DNA from: Anthoceros angustus
Lineage: Eukaryota; Plantae; Anthocerotophyta
Assembly: GCA_010909165.1 (NCBI GenBank)
Contig: VJWM01000178.1
Coordinates: 62,001-126,000 of the forward strand
DNA length: 64,000 nt
Direction of reading: 5' to 3'
Shown here piece by piece: positions 1 through 12,839 of this stretch. Below the pieces are notes generated by a model that was not told the origin of the DNA, did no database searches, and worked only from the letters and a program-made list of their open reading frames with translations. The position numbers and the translations under genes are program-made. The number at the start of each line of letters is the position of its first letter. Within the stretch, counting starts at the first letter, position 1.

Positions 1-581
<581 letters not shown>

Positions 582-939
582 AGTAGTCTATCAATGTTGA
601 AGTATATGCCAATGCCTAGTGGAGCAAGTTGACCACCCTTCATTCTGTCGCACCCAGAGGCTGCATGGACCCACAATTTGCCTCTAGTGCTCAGCTGTTG
701 CATTTGCCCCAGGGAAAGTATGTAGGCCACTGAGATCTCTCAGGTTGACTTCATGGAGCCACAAAACTGTTTGGCATGTCCACAATTTAGTTTGTCCTCC
801 ACAGCTGCATAACTTTGTTTGGAAGGCACCTACCGTACCTTGCCATTTTGGTGCATGTATGAATGTAAAACAACATGTATGAATGTTCCACTACCTACTA
901 CCCTTCCTTTCCTCAACTGGATTGTCGTGGAGGTGGAGC

Positions 940-1970
940 CTCCAGGCCTTGGTATCGAAGTCTCTTCTTCTCAAGATCGAATTCGTCAGCCAGTACAGGC
1001 CAAGCAATGCCAACCCCTGTTGCAGTGCGTCTGCTGCCGAGCTTCCGACAAACGATAGCCGCTCCAAAACTTGCTCACCATTCCAAACATCAGGACTGGA
1101 GGCTTCGGATGTCAGACCTTTGAACTCGTTAATGCTTAGGCCCTGAAATGCCCAGCTGATGTCCCTGTGGCATCCATCTGAATATTTGGGGTGTGTATTC
1201 GGAGTCGACATAGTAGCCACCGAAGACGTTGAAGACTGTCATGAGCGAATGGCCCAACTAGCTGCCATGGCCGCCTCCGAAGTGGGCACGATGGCTCCCA
1301 CTGCCGATCCCATTGCAGTTGCTGCAGATGCCTCCACTGTCACAAGACCCGCAAATTCATTGTTGTGTTTGTAGCTGCCACCTGCAATAGCCCCATGCGA
1401 TCTTGTATAGATTTCTGCAGGAGTCCCATCCCCAGAAGATAGAGCCGAAGATGATACCCGAGCTTATGGCCATACTACCCTTAATTATCCACCGAGTTCG
1501 GCAACTGGAGGTCGGACGCGAACGTCACGGTATCCCTCACAGTGAGCTGCGAGAAGAAGAGATCATCTTGCCTGACATACGCAACCTTGAGGCCCGAGTG
1601 AGCATCTGCAGCAGTACCGCAATTAATCGACACCAATCCACTCCAGCCGTTACGTAGCTTGCTGGAGCCAGCCAGCTGCCTCGCCAGCACATTCAGCTGA
1701 GACATTTCCGTGCACATCCTTGAGCAGATGCTTCACCGACTGACTGCCCTTGCTTGTCCACAAGGACGCAGCTCATCGCCTCCTCTCCAGGGTCACAGGC
1801 CTCTCAGAACTGCTCCGCCGCTCCCGCCTGGCCTTCCGAGCCCTTGCTTGAAGCCTCCTGCTCCCCCCCGCAAGCCCAGCGGCTCCTGCCGCTAGCAGCC
1901 CAAGGCCATAGCCGCTCGCATGGCCCGTGCTCCAGCAGCCTGGGACAAACAAGCCAAGCCAACGGCACAC
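940..1970 (-). pseudogene. ABCG7: ABCG7-like half-size ABC transporter pseudogene, frameshifted and internally deleted
   Basis: Colinear minus-strand blocks: RPVTL..VSCVLVDKQGQS/VKHLLKDVHG; LNVLARQL..VAYVRQDDLFFSQLTVRDT; IIFGSIFW..QKSIQDRMGLLQVAA; VTVEASAATAMGSAVGAIVPTSEAAMA..LMTVFNVFGGYYV..IFRWMP; WAFQGLSINEFKGL..GEQVLERLSF. These match my recollection of plant ABCG7. Walker A and much of the NBD and TMD are missing. Confidence 0.85.
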
Positions 1971-2630
1971 GGATTATGGTTTATTAGCTGACTACCAACA
2001 CACGCAGCGCATTCATGCCTCACCACATTCTCGTCACAAGTTCCTGCACTTCTCACCAACCGCTTGCTTCTCTTCAGCCTTCGTCATTCGCGCGCTGCCG
2101 CCAAGCCTAACCTCTACGCACAACAACTTTGTGCTTATAATTGTATACACGGAAATGGAGCCAATAGGACTTGCGGGAATGACATGCAACTTTCAGATTT
2201 TGATGATGAATCCAGCAGGGGAATGACATTTGTCCTCCTCTCACAGCCAACACTGCAATGTTCAGCCTTCTCCAGTTGGCGGTTTCGCTCCATCGCGTGC
2301 ACAGGGATTGAAAAAAGCATTTACCAAGGCATGGAAATGTACTTGGTACCAAAACGAAACTCTGGCATCAACATGCTCAGAACATGCCTCCTAACTTCCC
2401 AGCATATGCCGCACGGTTGTAACATGGAGCTCTGAGCGCGTGACGTAGCTCAGGGCAAGGTCCTGACTTTCCAGTCAGTCTTCGGGCCGGATCTCTTACA
2501 GATTTGCTCGAGATTTCACAAACCCACTAAAGCGAACCCATATAGGGAGAGCATCCAACTAGGCATCAAAGAGTTGGGAGAGAAGACCACGTCAATTGTT
2601 GCTTTTAATAGGCATGTACGCATGTCTCTT

Positions 2631-2727
2631 GGGAGAGCATGAGATTTAGCTAGTAAGTTGGGACGTTTGTTCAGAGCCCTTTGAGCAGACCTGCTTTCAC
2701 AACTTACTAACTAAAACTCACCTCCCC
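2631..2727 (+). ncRNA. candidate pre-miRNA-like hairpin
   Basis: 2640-2660 pairs with 2700-2720 at 19/21 positions. Inner stem 2665-2676 pairs with 2679-2690 using G-U wobbles. Outer GGGAG/CTCCC closure. Confidence 0.4.
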
Positions 2728-5700
2728 ATGCCCTGAGGGGCAGGCATTAGCCTTGGCTACTGTCGGAAACAATTACAGGGCCAGCTCGAATCCTGGCCCT
2801 AACGGTGTCAGCAAAATCTTTAGCTCAGCCACTCTACCGGCCAGTGGCCAACAAAGTTGGCCGCAACTTGTTATTCACAGGGGGCGTCCACAGACTGTTG
2901 CTTATCCGCCTGGCAGAGCCTCGCAGCATGCCTCTTGCCAAAAACACGATGACTGGAACCTTGCTCAGACCACGTACGTGGTCCGTCACTCATGTACAGG
3001 TGGAAAATTTTTTAAATTTTCCGCGCTGTCCCTGAAAGAATGCAAAGAGAGCGGTAGAGTTAACATCATGGTCATTTGCCTCTCACCAACTTCGGTGATG
3101 TCCACATTATCAGACACATCAGTAGTTCTGCAGGCACAACAGTGAAGAGGAGAAGAGACGGGAGAAACATACCAGTTTCTTTAGACTGCTAGCAGCTTGT
3201 GAGTTTTTGTCTTGTGAGTACCAGGAAGTGGCAGAAGTGCGTTGTTGATATGCCGTCCCATCTGTTTCAAGATACCATTTCAACATGATCATCGAAGACA
3301 TCATGCTGCAGGGTACAACTGCAAACTCCCAAAGTTGAAAGTCTCAAACATAGACTGTACAAGCCCACTTCACAGTTTCTGCGCTTGATGCTCGCAACGA
3401 CACAGGACTGCAAAAATAGACATGGCAATACAATCCATACCGTTCCAAGCCTCGCAGACACGCGAAACACAACAGATCTTGAGGAGCAAGCGACGTGCAT
3501 CAGCCAAAAGACTACCTAGCGTCGAGAGATGTGGTTGAGGAGGAGATCAATTACCTCATGCTACAAATAAGCAACCACGATTGCCGTGTCTCCGGAAGGC
3601 ACGCACGCTATCGCCATAAGGAGAGTGAAGATAACCAAAGGCAAGAGCATGAGAGCCGCAGGCGGAGGGGGTAGAGGAGGCAGCACCACCGGAAGCACCA
3701 GAAGTAGTACCGTGACGAGGACGAGCACCAGAACCGACACACACGAGTAGTATCCAACCATGAAAGAGCAGTGAAAGAGCTCCGGACTCGAGGACTTTCT
3801 ATGGTGTTCGGCCAGAAGACGAGAGCTGGACATCATTGGCCTCACTGTGAGCGGTTGCGCGGCAGACGCGTCCTTGCCGAGGCAGAAGTGGAACAGCCAG
3901 GAGATAATTGCCGGAACGGCAAGCATACAAGGCGGAGGAGCGGACGGGAGCGCTTCAAGGCCTGCCCTCCCTCTTCCCGCAGCCCGCTTCAAACGGCCAG
4001 TGCCTCTGAACCGAGGCGATGCAAGTCCAAGCGCAGAGGCAGCGCGACCCGAAGTGCAAGCAAGCTCCTCCCTTCCCGGTCCGGCATCCTCCACCTGATC
4101 TGCCCCGAGCAGCGCATGCGGCACAAACAGCAATACCCCCTGGCTACGCGCGGGGGCCAATTGTCCTCCCTCAAGCACGCACACGCCTGGGAGCTGGAAG
4201 CCGCCTCCAATGAGCTCCGATTGTCCCAATTGCCGCCCTCGCTGTGAGGCGTTGCAATAGGCCCCGTTCCAGGGCAAGCTGACGTCGGCTGGCGGCGCTG
4301 GCGCGGGGAGGCCAAGAGGGCGGTGGCAGCAGCGGGGGGGAACGAAGGGGATGCGAATACGCAAGTTGCGCAGCCAGCCGAGAGCGGGAGAGTGGGCTGG
4401 GAGAGTGGGCCTGGAGATGGCGCCGCGGCGGGCGTGGCAGGACAGAGCAGAGAGCAAAGCGGAGCAGAGGTCGCAGCGGTGCGTGATTCGAAAGTCGATC
4501 GAGACCGGGCCTGCGCGCTGCGGGGCAGGCAGGGCAGGCAGGGAGAGGTAGAGGCAGGCGCGCAAGGTGGCGCAGACCTGCATGCAGGCTTGCAGGCACA
4601 CAGTCTCTTCCATGCTGCTGGAGCCTGGAGCGGGCTGAACTCCGGAGCCTTCGCTCCACTTGCAACCTGACGACCCCACTCGCAGTACGAACCCCCCTCT
4701 TCTCAGGGTCGGTTGCTTTCTACTTCTATCGCAGTAACTGCAACTGCCCATGTCAGTGCCCACTGCCCACACCCCCCTTTATCCATACCATACAGTACAT
4801 GCGACACGAGAAAACGCGGGATTTGTGCAGTGCGCCATGCCCGCGCTCTGCCACCCCTGTCCGCACTCGGCATCCACCCACCATACGATTTTAGATACAC
4901 GTACAGTATGGTAAGTATGTGAACTCGGGTAAACTCTTTCACCTACCCCTTCATTGTATTGGGTGAATTGCTTCTCACCTGTCACTCTGCGACGGCGACT
5001 GTGAGCGTGACCGGACAGTGCGGTGTCGTGACGCCATGCTTCCATGCTGCCCAGTGATGACTCCAGTAGGGGGTGCCACATGAATGAATGATGACCCACT
5101 ACACAGCATGACATGAGTCGTGACACTTGGAACAACATCAACGGTTGAGCCATCGCGCCCATAACGTCGAGTCGCACTCACGGCGGGTGGACGGGAAGGG
5201 GGAGGGTGTGGAAATGAGCGAAGCGTGGGACGGGTCGTGAAGCGGACGGGGCCCTGTCGCATCACCTGATGGGGCAGAGAGCAAATCTCCGGCCGGCCGG
5301 GGACCGGGCCGGCGGGGACGAATCGCGATCCCCGATCGTGACGGAGCTTTGCCAACAAATGATTGTGGCACAAGCAGGCAAGTAGGGAGGGTCGGGCCGG
5401 CGAAACACGGCCAGGGCGATGGACGGGGGCTCGCATGGCTTCACGTGTCGCTGGCCCACAAGCCTTAAAGCCTGGAGGAATCAATCGAGATCCACCTGCA
5501 CCAGCGGCGGAATTGGGATTTGGGAAATCGGATCGGGGCAACGTTAACGTTGCCCCAAGTGGGCTTGTCCTCGCTCTTCTCGCTTGCTATGGACATACTC
5601 TACCTACATCCGCTCATGTGGGGCATCATGCTGACACGCCATCATCATCACACGCTCGGGGGACGGGCTGCGGGCAGCACCGGGCTCCTCCTCTTCCACG

Positions 5701-8700
5701 CTCCGCCCTTCGCTCAATGCAGACTACATGATCGACTGACGTCAAATATGAGCCAGATTCCGTTCATGAGGCAGGCGGCAGGCCTTTCCCTTTCTCGCCT
5801 TTCTTTTGTGTATTGCTCGCCAACGGAAGGGAATCCTCGATGCCCTGCTCGCTGTCTTGAGCTCGGAGGAAGATGACAAGCGCCGGAGCCACACATGGGC
5901 GGGCATCTTGCCGGCCATCGTCCCAGGCGAGTCCAGCGCCAGGGGCTTCGCATTCAATGTCTGCACAATGCCATAAGCTGCACAAAACGCGCTGTAGGTA
6001 TCGTTGCCCCGTCCTCGCCTCCTCAAATATCTCCGCACCTCCAAAGCCTTCCACCATACCCACGTAACATGTATGTACGTAGTTGCATTCCAACCCTGGA
6101 ATGTGCACCCGGGTGCACTTGCCAAGTTGCACCTTCACATGTAGTCCATATAGTGCAATACAACATGTGCACATAGGCTGGCAACGGCAGTGGCAGTGAA
6201 GTGGCGGTAGGCTGTTGCGTGTAGGTACATGCATAGCACGGTCCACGGTCCGCGGACATATGGGCCAAGTTTCCAAGGCGCTCCAGACATAGATCAAGGA
6301 GCCTGTGCTATTCGTGTTCTTGCCCCGGCAGCGAGATCTCCAATCTTGCTTTAAAAACCACGCCCGATCTCCGCTCTGCGTGCCTTTCGGGGTCCCGGTT
6401 GACATTCAGAGCCAGTGGACACCTCGCAGCCGCAGGCAACCTAGCAACTTGCAACATAACCCTACTATTGCCGCAACACAGGGCCGCGTGCGGCCGGGGC
6501 CCGCCCTAATAAACAAAGCTGAGCAGAGATGGATTCCGACCTAGGTGATGTGCCTTCAAACCTGCTGCAACTGTCAAGAGAATGCCATGGGAAGTCAATC
6601 AGTGTCAACAAACAAATGTAGAAAATACAAAGCGAACACCATACGCACTCCATGCCCTGCATTGCCGCAAGTGGCCTCACACAAGTTGCTGCTCCGATTT
6701 GATCCCGCTCGGAGCACGTACAGCATGATCACAAATTTGCTCTAATTGCTGCCAGTACGTAACCAATTTCGGCTCCGAAACAATATTGCATACAGCTGCT
6801 TCTCATCGCTAAACTGTCGTGTCCAGCTGGGGATAACAAGTTGCACACACAAGCGGCGCTTCACTTGGAGAGAGCGAGCGTGCACGCACAGGCATACATG
6901 GTGACGGCCGCCGGTGTGTGTCAACTTGTCTTAGTGGGCATACACTGCATCTGTGAGAAGCTTCCACAGTTTTTCTGTTTCACCACGCAAGTAATTGATT
7001 CCAGGATCAAGCGCCAAGTCCTACGTTGTCTACATCCACACCGACAAGGCAGGGGCCAACACCCCGGACTTGGCTTTAGCTGTCAACTGAAAATGCCAAT
7101 GAATGATTAAAATAAGGCAGCAACTTGGAAGAGTTCGGCATCAGGATCTGATGCACACTGATGCAATCGTTCAAGGCTTCAAGCAACCGAGTGCATTGGC
7201 AAAGCTAAATAGTGGCATAACCCGGGGAACAATGGATGCCCCCTTATAGAAAAAAAGCGGCCAAGTATAAAATCAACGCCGCTTGGGACCCGGGACTGAA
7301 CAAAGACGAGACACAACCGATATACAGGACTTTGACTGGACCGCTGCAGGAGAGACAGCAATTGGGGTTGAAGTGCTCCGTATGTTCGCTGCAGTGCCCA
7401 AGCAGGTGGAAATCCAAGGACACGTTGGAAATTGTAAGCATGCTCTCTTGCAAAGCTTTAAGTAGTGCTCATTGCAAGCTCCTTAGTTATGGACTCCGGT
7501 GCTCCGTTTATGGAACCTAGCTCTACCTTACTTTCGTGGCTTTATTTGTTTGCTGGTCTATATATTTGGATGGGACGATGGCCCCTTCGTATCCTCCTAG
7601 ATCGAATATTTACATTCCACTTAATTTAGAGGAATTTAAGGGCTTTATCGGGCAAAGAATATCGGGCAAAGAATATATTGGGCAATCCCTAAAGAGCCAA
7701 AAGGGCCTTAAAATGGCAGCCATTCTTGCGTCAAGGTAACAAAGATTATATATCAGCCAGTGAAACAACAGAGATCAGAGATCGTATGTATCAGGCAGCC
7801 CCGACGGACTCCACAAAATCCCTTAGATCATCGAGGGCCAAGTGTAATCGGGGATGGATGGTACCTCATTCCAAGAGTGATCCGACCAAAGGGCCATTTA
7901 ATCTCGGACTTTCAATGAACTTTCATTGGAACTCATGGCCACCACATCACTTCCAAGGGAGAACCTTAGGATCTTTCTTAACCTTGAAAGAGTAATAAGC
8001 TATAAAAATAAATCTAAAAAATATTATAATTATCTATATTTTAGCAACCTATGTCCGGGCTTACAATATTCAGCTCCTATGGCTGGCCTTATCTTTTCAT
8101 CAGCTTATCAAGGACTAAGCCCAAAAAATGTTTAGCAAATACAGAGTTTGTTCTCCCGTCCGAAAGTCATCAAGCCCAGTGTTATCAAGTGCATAGTTCG
8201 ATTATGTGATACTCATTCTGTGTGTGGCATCCTTGTGTAAGCACATGATACACGGTACTAAATGTATGGTATCTTAATAGGATTATTGCAATTTGACCTA
8301 TTTGAATCCACAAGTTGTCTATTCAAGTAGTTCAGCTATTATCCCTTGAGGACTGGGTATTTTCCGGAGAATAAATTACTTCACGTCCACCAAATGATTA
8401 TGTAGAAATGGATACCCCACAAAGCAAAGCTTTTGAGGCATGGTAAAACACAATACAACATTCAAAGGCTAACGTCAGGTCTCAACTCAAATGAATTAAC
8501 CTATGTCAGCTCTGATCCTTGCGCCTGAGTGAAGGAGCATCACCCCACACAAACCTATGGTTAGGAGCATACATGGTCTTGACCTCATGTTTAAGCTTTA
8601 GGGTGAAGGGTGTGTTTCAAAAACATTTTCAGACTCCAAGTACTTTCAAAGTTTGTCTAAAAGTTTAGAGATTGCGCTAAAGATAGTGCACACCAGGTTG

Positions 8701-10685
8701 ACTATCATGGCAAGCACAATGATTCTTGTTAAAAGCTTCGCCTAGTGATTTCACAGTAGCCAATAGTTGATGTGTCGTATGATCGGGCCGGCATCTGACT
8801 GTCACTACAAACTAAATGTTCACACTAAAACAACACTCATTCCTGCATTTATCACGCACAACTTCACACCCTACTTCCTCTGCACACCGATCTGCAAATT
8901 CAAACACTCACACTAAACAAGCACACTAGCATGCAGTTGCTGCCTGTCATCCTTGTTTGTTATATTTCGATATCTGCGTTGCTGCATTTTGCTATTGCCA
9001 CATGTACACATAACTAATTACAATGCCACCTTATATGAGTTCAGATAGATTAGTAGATTTGTTTGAGGCAATCTTACTGTCCACTGCCGCTACCGCCTAG
9101 CCGGACATGCTTGAACACGATGTCGTCACACTAACACCTGAAGACCTTCACCTTGACATTATCTAGGTACACATTTTCTCTATGTGTTGGATTTTTTCCA
9201 GCTTTCCATTAAGAGGTGCTAATTTGTAAACAACGTTGAAATTTGTGCATCGATTGATTTTTTTGTATTAATCAACCATAGTGTCATACATATCATACGA
9301 TCATTTGGATTTGGCCACGGGAATGGAAGTGGCTAATAGGCGTCATAGGAGTCTCCTGCTTTGATATTGCTTAGTTCGGGTTCTCCATCGTCTCATCAGA
9401 GTCCACAAGTTGGGAAGTTACAAGTACGCGACTTCTCTCCCATTAAAATCACAAGTCTCAAAGGTCCTTAGTTGCCAAGACAGGAGCTCAACGAAGCTAC
9501 AGAACTAGACAAGAGCCTTCTCAATCTATTTTGCAACCGTGAGCATGGCCAAAAAACAGTTGCCCACTATACAAGCCATCTAGCTAGAGCATAGTGGGAG
9601 AACAGGAAGGAGCCAAGCAAGCGAGGAGAGAAACCACCTATCATGAGCTGGGAGGTGGTGAAGGCGGAGCTGCTCCCTATTCTACCCCCTTCACTGATAG
9701 GTAGGAAGCTTTAGGATATCAAGAGGTGTTGTGCCATTGCTGCCGAGTGTCACAGTTAGGTGCACCACTAAAAGTAGTAACAATGAAACAACTTGAAAGT
9801 GTTAGATCTTCTAACTATAAGGAAGAAAACCAATGTATCTCACAATCTACTACAAGTCCAATGAAAAGTGGTTTTTCTTAAGGAGTATCACATAGGTATA
9901 TCAAATATGCTTATCAAGTTTCAGCTCCATTAAAGAGTCCAAGAAAAAGATAGAAAATGGTTTAAAGTGGTCAATACCCCTTCAAAAATTTTGCGAAACT
10001 AATACACCTAACCGTGCATGCACTTACCAACACTTGCACACTTTGCACGCGTAATCATGCTGAGCACTAGCTGCAAAACTGCTATTACATTACCAATCTC
10101 ACATTGTTTAGGGTTTTTCCGTCACTAAACCCATCTTGGTAGCTGCTCTTATACGTCTACTTCGCGCAATCTGCTCCTGGAAGACTTCGCGCAATCTGCT
10201 CCTGTTCCAGCTTGGCTCCATGATCTAGCGTGTTGGTAGCTCCCCTCCATGTGAGCCCGGCGCTCTCATCACCACCCCATCTTGCAGTAACTTTACCCTA
10301 ACAGTTACTACTTCTGCCACATGAGAAATTACATGAAGCATCTTCGTTACTACTACTACTACTAATCAACACACATTTATAGTCAGCTATAGATACTTAT
10401 TCTCCATACTAGCACACCTCGCGTGTAACAAAGGTAACAGAGGTGATTCTAGGAAGGACTTTAGTTGCACATGTTAGTTACTGACATTGTAGGTTCAAGA
10501 GCGGAATCTTTTGGTGAAGGGAAAGCAAAGGAGGAGCAGAAAGCGAAATAGTAAATGGGAAGGAAGAGAAAAAGATAAAGTGGAATATTAAATAGCAAGA
10601 AAAAAATCTTACCTTTTTACCTTGATTGATATTTGTCACATGGGTGCAAGCTTGACATGGAGGCTTGACCATAGGTCATGTCACG

Positions 10686-10852
10686 AGCTTAAGCCTATCC
10701 TTATTATTCTCGTTGGACATGTGAATAACTCCCAAGTGGAGCTGCTTAAGCCCATCCTTGTTGTTTTTGTTGGACATGTGAACAACCGTCAAATGGAGCT
10801 TAAGCTCATCCATACTGCTCTCGTTGGACAGCTGAACAACTCTCAAATGGAG
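10686..10852. repeat. 54-57 bp tandem repeat x3
   Basis: Three diverged copies of gagcttaagccyatcc...ttggacatgtgaayaac...caartg. Confidence 0.8.
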
Positions 10853-11929
10853 TGTCCACATGTATAATGTAGAATTGTTCCTATGCTATAAAAATCTATT
10901 GATGGAGAACATTCACTTAATTGGGAATCCTAAAAAGCTATAGGTAATCACCAAATTGAACTGAATTGAATGACGGTTTCGCACTTCATGAAAGAGTTTA
11001 CCTCAATGACAACAATACATTGCTGACGTTGAGATGTATGCTCCTATATAGTTGCATGGCACAAACAACATTTTTCAAATGGGGCCCTTTCTCATAATAG
11101 ACAAAATATATGTAAGTACTTGCACAATGAGAAGTTAATATACACTTAAACTTATGTTTGCTTTGCGTCTTTTTTAGGCTGCTTTCATTCTACTGTAGTT
11201 GAGGTTAAAATATATACCATGTGAATCTTCAAGAGGCTTTAAATTACACCCTTGAGTGGGGAGTAATAGCTTTTTAGATGGAGGAGTCAACTTAGTTCAT
11301 CGATAGATCATCCATCTTACTAGACTCATTGCATTCCCATGGGCACTTGCACGAGCCATCCTCAAGACAGCAACAATAATAGGTGTTGTCATCGCCACGA
11401 CCTTGGTTGTATGTAGGACTTTTAACCTGCATAGTCATGATATTGTAGAAGCCATAGGCGATTTTAGATTCGGAGCTTATCTGCTACCTCTTGCACTCAC
11501 CCTTAGGGTCCCTTCCGTTAGTCATTCAAAGATAGATGGACTCAATACATCTCTTCTTTTTTAATAAAAACTCACCACTCTTATCATATGGCTTTATATA
11601 CCTTATGTTATGGAAACGATTGCGGGAGGATGTAGGAGGATGCGGGATGATATAGGAGGAGGCTGTAGGGAGCGATGGCACATGCACGAGTATGAAAGTA
11701 ATATTGTCGGGGCCAAAGTATTAGGGATCAACCCTAGGATATGGGTGCATGTAGATAAAAAGATTGAAGTTGAAGTTTGGTAACGCTTGAGATACAATGT
11801 GGCCATGCTCTTTCCACTTCCTCTAACTTATTTTTCTTCATCTTCATCATCACGTCTTCCATGCCGCGTTGTTGGGGGTGGCGCATTAGCATGGTCCGGG
11901 AGGTCGTGGCGACGGGGCGGCAGTGAGCC

Positions 11930-12675
11930 GGGTTCCAGGTTTAGGGTTTCATAAGTTTAGGATTTCATAGGTTTAGGGTTTTGCAGCAGCTGATCTTCTA
12001 GGTTTAGAGTGTAGAAGGAGGGTTTCACAAATTAAGGTTCTACAGGTTTAGGGTTTCATAAGTATAGGGTTTCACAGGTTCAGGGTTTTGCGGCTGCTGA
12101 TCTTCCAAGTTTAGGATTTCACAAATTTAGGGTTCCACAGGTTTAGGGTTTTACGGCAGCTGATCTTCCAGGTTTAGAGTTTCACACGTTTAGGGTTTTA
12201 CATATATAGGGTTCTAAAGGTTTAGGGTTTTACGACAGCTAATCTTCCAGGTTTAGAGACGGATACCGGCTATATTTAACAAACAAATTGGAGAGTGGAG
12301 CACCCTAGTTTTGATTAGGGTTTCACAAATTTATGGTTCCATAAATTTAGAGTTTTACGGTAGTTGATCTTCCAAGTGTAGGATTTCATAAATTTAGGGT
12401 TCCATAGGTTTAGGGTTTTACGGCCGCTGATCTTCCAAGTTTAGGGTTTTACGGCAGCTGATCTTCCAAGTTTAGGGTTTTACGGCAGCTGATCTTCCAA
12501 GTTTTGGGTTTTACGGCAGCTGATCTTCCCGGTTTAGGGTTTCACAGATTTAGGGTTTTATACGTATAGGGTTCTACAGGTTTAGGGTTTTACGACAGCT
12601 GATCTTCCAGGTTTAGGGACGGATACCGGCTATATTTGACAAACAAATTAGAGAGTGGAGCACCCTAGTTTTGGA
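11930..12675 (+). repeat. telomere-derived (TTTAGGG-containing) minisatellite
   Basis: About 30 exact or degenerate (G)TTTAGGGTTT motifs. A ~30-bp unit tttagggttttacggcagctgatcttccaag repeats at about 12410-12530, and a ~160-bp block is duplicated (12150-12312 / 12510-12672). Confidence 0.9.
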
Positions 12676-12839
12676 TAAGGTTCATTCATATTATTTTTTC
12701 CGTGGGGCCTCCTTCTTCCGCTTCTGGGAAGGACACTCCCTGCCCCCTCTGCGGAATTTTATATAAGAGTATTGTTGGTGTAAAGAGGCACATGGGCATG
12801 ATGCACAATAACTTTGACCGAAATGCATGGGAGGCTTAG

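Noticed and set aside
2740-2850. tRNA/SINE-like motif (gggccagctcgaatcctggccc)
   Set aside because: Only a T-arm-like hairpin; no cloverleaf or correctly spaced A box.
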